Source: Pocillopora damicornis
Lineage: Eukaryota
Direction: 5' to 3'
Assembly: GCF_003704095.1 (NCBI RefSeq)
Contig: NW_020847100.1
Coordinates: 62,001-126,000, forward strand
DNA: 64,000 bases
The position numbers and the translations under genes were made by a program. Below, in pieces: positions 38,501 through 49,705 of the stretch (its first letter is position 1; each line of letters opens with the position of its first letter). Below the pieces are notes generated by a model, which saw only the letters and a program-made list of their open reading frames with translations, ran no database searches and was not told where the DNA came from.

Positions 38501-40311
38501 CAAATGTCACTGATTTTGCTGCACCGCCGCCGCCATCTGCTGCTATTCGTCCTCATTCAGAACTGGAATCGGTAAGACTTGGATATAGACAGAGTTAGTC
38601 ATAAGAAAAAGTGCATGAAGTTTTCCTCATCAAAAAAATGAATTGGCATTTCAGGCCTTTTAGTTCATTATTGCTGAGCTTGTCTGAGTTTCCAAGGAAT
38701 GAAGCGTCTAGTAGTACGGTACTATATTGCCATTCGTCCTTGACCCCTTGAGAACAAACCCATGCATAGTTCTTTAAGATTTTCTGACAGTTTGCTAGTT
38801 TTTATCGACAGTCTTGGGTGGAGAAAGACTTCGCCTCGCTCATGGACGCATCATTTAGCTTCACCAAAAAAAAAACACTTTAAGATTGTAAATTTTGCAA
38901 TTTCGAGTGAAATCTCGATTTGCATGTGAAGGTAATTTTAATCTACAGTTTAATTCTAATTTATGTTTTATTTTCCCGACTCAGCTTCCTGCCGACCTGA
39001 AGTCGGTTCTCGAAAAGGAATGGTGGAACTCAAAACTGTTACAACTGACTCAAAAGCAAAATGAGTATGTGACTCACCCAGAGCTACGCCAACCTTCTTT
39101 TCCACTGTACACGAACAGCTCTGCTCAGTCAGGTAACAACACTCTATTAGGAAGAAAACAGATCAACGGATCCCAAGTGCTAACAAACTCGACAAGTTCA
39201 CAAGGGTTCATTAATCAGTCATCAATATTGCAAGGTACGTATACAATATTGTCTCTACGGTTTTCAATTATATACCTCTCTTCCGTTTCTTCAACTGAAC
39301 GCCAGCTAAACCAGTTCCTTAGCGAGGCAATTTTGCAGGTTAGAATTTACTGTCGGTTGCTTGTTATGCGTAGAGAAAGGAAACCATTGCATAATCCGAT
39401 AAAATCTAATTAGCTTTGTGATATACGCGTTAATGATATTGCGAGCCTTTAAGTGAGATTTGCCCTTAATTATCTCCCCTTACACCTTCTCGATAAAAAT
39501 ATAACGATAATCAAGAAATCACAGCAAAACCCTCAGTTGTATCATTTTTACAGGTGGAAATAAACAAGAACAGTTGAACGAACCTCCTGCCCCTGCTCCT
39601 CCTCCTCGACCGTACGACTCTCTTCTTCCACAACTAGCCGTCAGTGGTCTGACATGGAATGGTAAACGAAAAAAGGCGGAAGAAAATCAGGCTGACGGAC
39701 AAACAGCTCAGGAGACTGAATCAAGTCAAGACGTAATATGGAAAGAAGAAAAAGAGGAAGACGAGGATTTAGAAGCCGAAAATGGTCAACAAAAAGAAGA
39801 GGTTCCTGTGATAGTTTCAGGGAATGATGAAATTTCAAGTGGCCACGAACCGAGGGATGAAATGCTTCCGTTAGGTAATAAAGAAGTAAAGCACGCGAAA
39901 ACACACGAGAGCCAACTAACAACTTCGGGTGAGAATTTTGAAAACTATCACGAGAATACGGAAGGACACGTAACGTCTTCTTCTGGAAGTGGCGAAGAGA
40001 TGGATTCAGAAGAACAACATGATGTATCGATGTACAACAGTCCCGAAAGTACTCAAGAAGGCGATGTAAAACAGGTCTTTCCAGAAAGTGACATTTCTGG
40101 GAGCGGGCAGCATTCAGCGCAGGAAATTGATGACAATGAGACCAGCTCAGATGGAAGTAGACGGGAGGACAATGTCAAACAAGGCTTTCCCAAAAATAAC
40201 ATCCGTAGTGGCAGTCAGCTTTATAAACAGGAAAGTGGTGACTTTGAATCCAGTTCATCTGGTAGTAACCAGTATGAGGACGATGTAACGTTCTCTGGGA
40301 GTGGAGAGTAG
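35573..40311 (+). CDS. Secreted ShK-array protein C: SP-ShK-ShK-ShK[4Cys], Ser/Thr/Asn linker, acidic Ser-Gly tail; about 554 aa
   Basis: Exons 35573-35639 (start least certain), 36045-36107, 36593-36730, 37576-37701, 38309-38571, 38985-39234, 39554-40311. Intron phases 1,1,1,1,0,1 are consistent; 1665 nt. Confidence 0.8.
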
Positions 40312-43300
40312 AGCGTTAGGGGTAGCCTAAATATCTAATTTGGAAGAGTAATAAATAGACATTTCCTGATGCTCAATTATTTTCCATTTTGTCTGGTTCC
40401 TTTTATTAAGTTAAACGTAGTTTTGATCTTAAAACGGCGAAGCGGAGTTGAGAAATTTGATAGGGGGTTTGAAGCCGTTGGATCATTCATAAGTCAAAAT
40501 TAGTTCAATACACACGACAGAGGACAAGAAAAGAGATAAGATTTTGGCATTTCCACGTCATAAAACATTGTGAAAGGTACCAATATCGGTGAGCTTGCAC
40601 TGTATTGCTGACTATATTACTGTTTTTAGCTAATGACTTTGGAAATTAAATTGTAAATGAGTGTAATAGTAGACAGGAATATCAACCGGTTCAGATGTAA
40701 ATTCCAGAGGTATGTTTTGTACTAAATGTGATATGAACAACCAAAACGTAGTTAATTTGACCTACACAATCGTGATTATGCATGCTCAAAGCAAAGTTTA
40801 GCTTTATACAGATGATTTTTCTTCTTTTAATTTCAGGGTTGTACTATAGAGAAATCTAAAACGGCATATGGTATCAAATGAGTTTTTTGCTCTCTTGTTA
40901 AGAAATAAAATTTGCATCTCAAGCCAAACATGTCTTAATTTAAAAAGAAAAAAATTAAAGATGACTTTTTAGATTCAATAAAATCAAGAGATTAAACGTT
41001 TCACTCACCTCGTCAATAAAATGTAGCATGTTCCGTAGAACTGTGGTTTCCATGGCCGTTCATTTCAGAGACTAAATTGGAGATCTGAAATATCAAAAGC
41101 CCTGTTTCGAGCTCAGCGACAATCCATCATGACTACTTGCTTTTGTTCCTTAGGCCCGAGAAGAGAGGAATAGTATTCATTTGAAATTGAGGAGGAGGAT
41201 ATGAGGACTGGGAAGAGAGTTGAGCTCTAATCTATCCCTAAGTTTACCTCCCTAACACCGGCTCCCTGAGGCAAAGCTGGCTCCCTGAGTGGAAAACATT
41301 AATCGAATTATTTTTTCTAAATTTCAGCTTGGATAAGCACAAAATTTTTTTATGCGGTCTCAACTCTCGTCAGCTTTACCTCTGTGTTCAGTTGTTGACG
41401 GAGGTGGAATGAACACAAAAGAGAAAACAATAAAAACAGTAACTGAAAAACCAAAGCCAGACAAATCACTGACAATGCAGAGGTTGTTCGGTGTAGACTC
41501 TTTATTAGAAAGAAATCGCCATAAATCACGGACATGTGCCCCAGGGAGAGACTAGATGAGTCATGTTACATGTAGTGACTGACATGACTATACCTGGTTG
41601 ATCCGAATACGTGACACAGGTAGTTATATATTTTTTTTTTCCTGAACAGTATTGCAAGAAGGTAAACCTCGGAGGGTGGCTTTAAAATGCATAGGAAGAT
41701 CTGAGAAAAAAAGTACGATCTATAACGATAATAAAAACCTGGCATAAAAGAAATTAAATCAAACGTGGTACACTGCTATAGAAAAATACCAACACCTCTA
41801 ACTCCTGTGGCCTCGAAAAATTGATTCAGGACTTACTCTGTTTTATGCAGCGTAGATTGATCAGAACAGCAAGTGCAATCTTGTTCCAACTCTAACCATA
41901 CCATTTCTCTTTTGAAAACTACTGAAATTTGCCTAAATGATCCTGAAAACGCATTTAGCCACGTAAATATTGTCGGAAATTGTTATGTCCTTAAGAAATT
42001 TTATTTCCCACACTCCAAGCAAGAGAACGATTTTCTTATATAAACACCCCAGGGTCATGGACAACAATCGAAAAGCTCAAGAGACAAACTGATCTCAAAA
42101 TATTTCCCTGCCACTTTTTCAAGGATATAAGATATAATGATGAATGAGAACTAAAACCAGTTTAAATATTGTGGACTTATTGTTGGAAAAACTGGTATCC
42201 TAGGGACAAACAATATTACCAAAATACTCCTTTTTACCTGAAAAGCATTGTCAAAATGACTTTTCCCTGCTTCTTACGCGCAAATCAATACGACTTTTTC
42301 CTGCCTCTTACGCGCAAGTTACCGGTCGCGCGGTCTTATGACGCTATTACTCTAACCTTTATAATCACCTCTTCCAGCTCAATTAAGGCATAGCACAGTC
42401 TTAAACATTATAACTTAAATGCAAGCAAACTTAAGGAACAATTTCTTTTGCGACAATAATAATGGCATTAACTAAGCAGACCAAAGCTGTTATCAATTGC
42501 GATTACTTTGAGCAAATACCTGTCCAAAGAGAATTCTGTTTCACTAGCTAACGATACGTGACAACTTGACTTCAGGGCAATGCAGGTTTGACAGGTTTCA
42601 ATTAAAATCTTTTGTTTAACGTTAATTCCAGTGACTTTTAGACGTTTTCAACTTACTGCTTCGTCGAGTCTATTACATTAGGTAAGAAGAAGTTAAAACA
42701 GAGCGCTAGAATCTCATGGTTCCCACATTAAAAAGTGATCACTGTCGGCCATTATACCTGCATGCCATGGCCATTACTCTCTTGATATGCTTGGATAGAC
42801 AAAACTCTTTTTAGCTATTTGTCATATTCCCCCATCGCAAATTAATTTGCCATCCAAGAAGTATTTTTACGAGTTAATTGTTAGGGAGACAACTCGAAAA
42901 AGGTAAGTGTAACGAAACATTTTTATTTACTGGCTGAGTTTCGGAGTGGGCCTAAAACCCTTGAGTTTAAAGCGATGAATAAACAACTCATTACTGTTTT
43001 GTTCGCGAAAGGCTTTCTTTGTTACAGTCGAAGTGGTTTTGCTTAAATAGACCTTTGTCTTCCTTTTAACAAGATACCTTTCATTTTATCTTCCTATCAA
43101 TGGGAAGACAAAAAAGATAAACATCCTAAAGTCAGTCGATTTATATTAAGTTGCAATCGTTGGTGTAATGTTAATATTTTTCGTGGTATCGCTGATGGAG
43201 CTCAAGATTAAGATGGAATCATGAAGATAGGTCCACCAACACGGCGAACTCAAGAAATGATGCGACGCCTTAGAAAAGGCAAAGGGCTAACGTTCGAAAC

Positions 43301-43459
43301 ATCACAGTAACTTAATTTATTATATTCACTCATTTATCTTTATTAAACCCACATGTATATCCAGCTTAGCGTTTTACTTGTCGGCCTGTCTGCCTGTTCG
43401 CTTAGTCAGAATTGACAAAAAGTTAAGGGGGTAAGTTTCGTCAGTGGGAGAGTATAACA

Positions 43460-43648
43460 GGTAATTTGGTGTTAACAACTGACTTGAAAACGTAAATTAG
43501 CTACCGTAAAGAGTTGAAAGGCTGAAGTTTTGAGCGTTATCCCTTCGTCAGTGGGGGGGACTAGGGGCTAACGCTCAAAACGTTAGCCTTTAACTCTTTC
43601 CGGTGGGTAATTTATTTTTTCAACTCAGTTGTTAACACTAAATTGACT
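43460..43648. mobile_element. Palindromic Penelope-like terminal-repeat remnant
   Basis: Inverted arms (aatttggtgttaacaactga ... tcagttgttaacactaaatt). Minus strand reads ctgacgaagggataacgctcaaaac. Homologous to 10041-10233. Confidence 0.6.
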
Positions 43649-44107
43649 AGGGGTTAGTTTTTTCATTAATTCTTGAGCAACCTTTGTATAGACGAAAGAC
43701 AACCATAAATAGAAGAGGGTAGTCAAACTTACTCGATTCTATTCCCCCTCCACCGGCAGATTTTTTGCCTCAATTTCTTTTTCGCAATGACAGTGTTTCC
43801 AACTTTCTACCGTCGCCGGGTGCTACTTTTGACTTGAGGAAATCTCTCTACCCTGGTTTACAACAGGGAATATACACATTTACAGAATAGCTTAGGTGGT
43901 TAGATCTGTCCTCTTGTGTCAGATCTCCCTCTCCACACGTTTGCCTATTCCCCNNNNNNNNNNNNNNNNNNNNNNNNNNNNNNNNNNNNNNNNNNNNNNN
44001 NNNNNNNNNNNNNNNNNNNNNNNNNNNNNNNNNNNNNNNNNNNNNNNNNNNNNNNNNNNNNNNNNNNNNNNNNNNNNNNNNNNNNNNNNNNNNTCCCCTG
44101 AAGAATG

Positions 44108-44110
<3 letters not shown>

Positions 44111-44143
<33 letters not shown>
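44111..44143. repeat. (TA)n microsatellite
   Basis: Directly visible, next to an assembly gap. Confidence 0.95.
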
Positions 44144-44147
<4 letters not shown>

Positions 44148-44659
44148 CAAAAGCTTTCTTTGCCTCTTAGAGAGAAAATTTTCAACATGAGGACATCTGA
44201 AGGAGTGGCTCACTAATTATCAAAAGCTAATTAATTATCATGCATCTGTGTCACTATCCGATTCTGATCGCCTGCAAGCAAGAATCCAACTTTGGTTGGC
44301 AGTGTTTTGGTAAAATCACCCCCAAAACAAGCATTTCCGAGCATCCATGATAGAACAAACAAGACAAATGATTGAATTTGGATGGCAAGAACTAATAAGG
44401 CCTTGGTTTATGTTACACGCCTAACCCCATGGCTCAGTTCGAAAGATAAGACGAGCCTCGACCTTGACAATCAATCGTTATCATGCTAAACCCATTCTAA
44501 CCGTTGTTTGATAACATTTGTAAACGAAAGGAACAATCTGTCGAGGTAACAACTCGCAACCCGAAGTTGTAATCATTGTCTGACAGTGACGGATTATTTT
44601 TTCAGGATTTTTGTCAAATAATCTATACTTTGTTTGCAGATAGTGAGCCGAAATAGAAG

Positions 44660-47600
44660 ATGAAGTTCGGTCTTGGTTGGTGCGCATTATTTATTATAGG
44701 CTTTATAGTCGCCTCCTCTGTCCTTGGTAGGTATCAATTTTCTATCCAGCGGCAGTAATAAACTGTCGAAGGAATCGATTCTACCGTCAAAATTTAAAGA
44801 GATCTTTAAACGTCGAAATTTCTTGGAGCAAAACCAAATGGATTGCTTTTTTGATTTCTTTTCACTTTTTTTTTTTATCAAAGTTGCTAATTTGGGTCAG
44901 GGAAGTTTGGCGACTGTTTAAATAGGAGAGGTTTTCCTGAAGTGGGTCAAACTAACTCTTCCGTTGAAGGAAAAGGCTATGATAACACATTGGACTTTGC
45001 TGCACGTTTCGACAATGCCCTTCACCGTTTCAGATTGTACAGTAATGGTACAAATTTGGGAAGAGGTGCCGAAAAACTTTTTCATGAGGTAATGGCATGA
45101 TTGAAACATGACTTAACTAACTGGGATGACAAAGATTTCCCTGTGACACTCAAAAGTCTTTAGAAACCTTTGTTTTGGTCATGCAATCAAAGATCTTCCT
45201 TACAATAATTTTCTAGCTAAAGAGAATTGCAAAATGTAGAATTCATCCCGAAGTGGAAAAAAGCGGAAACTATGTCAATTTGTAAATATTTGTAAATAAA
45301 TATCACACACTCTTCTAGGAACCGAGGAACAAAAGGGTGTATTTACTTCCGCTGATGAGCCAGGTTCTGGATCTGGAAGTGATTCCGGAAGCGGAGATGC
45401 ACTTAATGAGAGAGATGAGGAGGGGCAGAAAATTCTTGACTTGATGTCTACGATTCCTTACAAAGAAGGTAAATGAAATACAGTTAGCTCAATTTTTCCT
45501 TGAAAAATAGGGGCTGGGTCTTACTACACTCTTACTTTGCCTGTAGGGAACTATAAGGCTAATCTTCAAAACAGAAATTTCCGCGAACGTCACGTCTATT
45601 TTGGAAAAAAATAAACAGGGAAAGAAATCAATTGCCTATACCACGGAAAAAGTAAAACTTAAAAGCCTAGTATCTTGATTGTGCCATAATAAACAATCAT
45701 CCACCGAAGTGGAGGCAAATATCCATCAATTTTACTGACCCTGAGGTGAATAATTTCTATAGTATATACCACATAGAAACCCCCAAAATACTTATTTAAT
45801 TAGCGTCAATGTACCGAAAAGTTGTCGGAAAGTGAACTCTTGACGCTCGATTTCGTCTTCGACTGCTCGGAGATGAAAAGTACTTGCTGATCGAGTCTTA
45901 CCTAGCCAATCAACATGAGGTAAATGCATTATTTACCTGTGTGTCATATATACTATTAAAGGATATACTGCTCTCAGAAAAAAACGTAAACATTGATAAT
46001 CACTGACTAAGTTAACTAGTATACGTGTCAGAAACACGGATTGCAACATAAAAATAACTGGACAGAAATAAAGGAATATGCAAATAGCTGATAGAAATAA
46101 CAATAGAAAAAATAACAAAAATCTCTAAATAAACAAAGCCATAACTTCAGTCAGATATCCGCTATAGATGGATTGAATCAAAAAAAAAAAAACCCTTAAT
46201 GACTACCAGTGATATCTGGGCTATACAACCGTGCTAACAGCTTAGGTTTTTTTGCTGTTTTTGTTGTTCGTAGCTTATAACATAAAAAAATGTGAAGATA
46301 ACCCAGAAGTTGACTGTAAAGGCAAGACTTCTACGGAATGTCTAAAAGATTTTCATGATATGGTGCGAGATTGCCCATTATCTTGTCACCTGTGCGCAAA
46401 AAGAGGAGGTACGTGATTTGAATTGCATTTCTGTGCCATTACTCGCGGTTGATCATTCCAAACCATTTTAACCATGGGGGTAGAAGAGAAGTAATCCAAG
46501 TCTGAGTAAGGAACTGTCGTCGAGTTATTCAAGGGCCGACCTTTGTTTATGACAAGATTAGTATATTTTGCCACTCTGTGAGAAGCAGTGTTGGTAAAAT
46601 TGAATGAGCAGATGAATTTCGCAATGAATCAGTAAAACAGGGCTATGGAAAAAGCCATGAATAGACGAGTATTTGAAAAAAGAACTTCACTTACTATCTT
46701 TGTTGTTTTTTGCCTGGTATATTTTAATCAATTAAGAAAAACAATAACTTCTTCATTTTTTTAATAATACTTTGTTAGGAGCCACTGAGAAATGCGAGGA
46801 TCTTGATGAAAATTGTGACGTAGGGGTCCGCAGACGCAAATGTCAGCTACTTCCTGATTACATGATGCAAATATGTAAACTTAGAAAAACAATAACTTCT
46901 TCATTTTTTAAAAAATACTTTGTTATATTTTAATCAATCAAGAAAAAACAATAACGTCTTCATTTTTTTTAATAATACTTTGTTAGGAACCACTGAGAAA
47001 TGCGAGGATCTTGGTGAAAATTGTGACGTAGGGGTCCGCAGACGCGAATGTCAGCTACTTCCTGATTACATGATGCAAAACTGTAAACTTTCCTGCCAAT
47101 TCTGCGGCCCAGGTAGGAAAATCTGGCACCCATGATAAAAAAAACCAAGGAAGTGATAAAGTATGGTAAATCACTCTTCGACTCCATTTTCGTGAGGCTG
47201 AATTTCAAATACTACAGGCAATATTCTATTCCACAGCGCAGGAAGTAGTTTTTTTGGGTAGCGATTTGTTATCTATCCCATACGTTTGACATTGCCTTTG
47301 TAATGCGACTATACTTCTACTCTTAAGGTGGGAGTTCAATTAAGCTTTTGTATATTGATTGGGATTATTAGCTCAAATGAAAAGTCACAGGCTTGTATAA
47401 TTCCATGTTTGATTTAAAGTTATAATGAGCTTTTTTTAGAACCTCGAAGGAGAGAAACTGAAGAAAGATATACGTCAAATACCTTTTAAAAACCAGGAAA
47501 TAAGAAGCTTAAAACCTGTTTAACCTTCTTCCTTTCAGAGTCTGGGTTTGGAAAAATGGACAAACATCCCGTTTGCCCAATATGGGGAGAATATGGCTAC

Positions 47601-49112
47601 TGTCAAACAGACTCTGACATAAGGAGAGAATGTCCTCATAGTTGCACGAAGTACCATGGAGTCAGGCCAGCCCCCGAACCATATCCCTACCCCGTAAAGG
47701 CTCTGCATCCCTATCAATTCCAGCCTGGACAATATCCGATTCCTTCTGGGTACCCATATCCCGCGCGATACCCGAGCCCATATCCTTCTCCTTACCCGTA
47801 CCCGTATCCCTATCCATCTCCGTACCCCTCTCCCTATCCCTATCCATCTCCGTACCCCTCTCCTTACCCCCACCCTAACCCATATCCAACTCCTCATCCG
47901 ACACCAGCACCACAGGTAGGGTATTTTTTTTCGATGTGCTCAGGTCATCTTGTTCAAGTTAATTTGTTTTTTCAGGATTTTTAACTTTAAACCTGTTGTA
48001 ATAGGAGAATTTTGTAGTAAATTTTGTAGCGTAGCGGAGGGACATGGCACGCAAACAATAAACACCAGTAGGAGGGCAGAACTAAAACAATAAATTCCGA
48101 CGACATATTAAAAACCAGCCAATAAATTAGAGTACGAAATGATGAAATCTCAACTGGTTGACTGTAAGTTGTTGACTAAGTTACAAAAGAAGTAAAGACC
48201 GCAGCACTCTAAGGGCATTACTTGTAAATTTATATAGGCAAACTGTAACAGATTTTCCAAGAAGCCCCTTGAGTGATCTATTTCTGGGTTGCCTCGTTTC
48301 CAGTTTAAGGCATTCTAATGGGCTAAATCGTGTCAGATGAACTTTAAAAATCTCAGGCCGACATTTGAATCCAATCCTTTTTCTTTTTTCTCTGTTTATT
48401 TAAATTCCTCGCCTGCCCATGGTGGCATTTATCATCTGCATTTAAAAATGCCAATTGTTAATTAAACGAGCCAGCAACATGATTGAATCCTATAAGGACA
48501 GTTCATTTTGAATGTGTTTGAACGTATCTAAACGTATGCAATGTTCAGTTCAGTGAAATCAGCCTTGAAGTCGATAGCCACCTTAACTTTGAGGAACTCT
48601 TTCCTCCATCGTGCAGTAAGGATAGTTAATCTGGATTTTTGTTGCAGCCGAGTCCAGTACCCACACCAGTGCCCTCCCCAGAACCTTCTCCAGTGCCCGC
48701 TCCATCTCCTTCTCCAGAGCCCTCTCCATCACCAGCCCCGGCCCCTTATCCAACACCAAGTCCGGCCCCTAATCCAACACCAGCACCAGCTCCGGCCCCT
48801 TATCCAGCACCAGCACCGGTTCCGGCCCCTTATCCAGCACCAGCACCAGCACCGGCCCCTTATCCAGCACCAGCACCAGCACCAGCACCAGCACCGGCTC
48901 CTTATCCAGCACCAGCACCGGCCCCGTATCCAGCTCCAGCAGCGGCCCCTTATCCAGCACCAGCTCCTGCACCGTATCCAGCGGCGGTTCCCCCTGCAGC
49001 ACCTGCAACTTACGACAAAGGTCACAAGTCAGAGAAAAGCGAACAAAAGAAGCACAAGGACCATAAGAGGAAAAATCATGACTCGAAGAAACGCAAAGGA
49101 AGAAGAAATTGA
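44660..49112 (+). CDS. Secreted ShK-array protein D: SP, acidic GSGSGS linker, ShK-ShK-ShK[4Cys], Tyr-Pro/Ser-Pro and PAPAPY repeats, Lys/His/Arg tail; about 439-488 aa
   Basis: Exons 44660-44726 (MKFGLGWCALFIIGFIVASSVLG), candidate 44901-45047, 45319-45468, 46274-46408, 46987-47112, 47539-47915, 48648-49112. Phases are consistent. Exon pattern and motifs (KCED...CGP; CPIW...CPHSC) match protein C. Confidence 0.85.
46779..46882 (+). pseudogene. Truncated duplicate of ShK exon 46987-47112 (pseudo-exon)
   Basis: Near-identical acceptor and ATEKCEDLDENCDVGVRRRKCQLLPDYMMQICKL, then runs into duplicated intron sequence and an in-frame TAA; lacks the final CxxC and the normal donor. Confidence 0.75.
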
Positions 49113-49494
49113 GTCGCCGAAATCTTCACCCGTTATCACAGTTCAACGCATCCTGTAACTGAAAGTAAAATGCCTGTCGGAGATAGATTAAGTATTCTTT
49201 ACTGATAAATCTCTTGGAACAGCCGGAATTAATGTTTTATACACAAATTACAGCACAGGTTGAGACGTTCGTCTCAAGTACGATTCCTTGGTCAGTATCT
49301 CATATTGTGAAGACCTAAAGGAGAAATAAATTATAAAACGACAAATCTCGAAAGGGAATTTAAATTTCTCATAATATTTACCTATGTTTTTCACACTTGA
49401 TGCTATTCAATTTCAATCCCAACGGTACGGTGGGGTTACTCTTATTTACGTGAATCTCCAAGAATTCAAACACATTTGTGAACAATATTCCATC

Positions 49495-49705
49495 TGTGAA
49501 TATGAAAGCGATCTTCCCAGTTATGAACACTACTTAATCAGTAGTGAAAAGAAGGCCTGAAAAAAACTCAGGCCTGCATGTACGGGATTTGAACCCATGA
49601 CCTCTGCGATACCGGTGCAGTGCTCTACCAACTGAGCTAACTGGGAGCTGGTTACTGTGTTGGTTCAAAATAAACCCGTGAAGTGGTGAATAAACGACTG
49701 AATAT
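49495..49705 (-). mobile_element. tRNA-derived SINE-like repeat
   Basis: Reverse strand reads ttagctcagttggtagagcactgcaccggtatcgcagaggtcatgggttcaaatcccgtac; flanks shared with 19283-19560. Confidence 0.7.

Noticed and set aside
49575-49645. tRNA-like sequence (also about 19400-19475, 19884-19955 and 3727-3800)
   Set aside because: No complete acceptor stem or normal anticodon arm, and embedded in shared repeat flanks; called SINE-like rather than tRNA genes.
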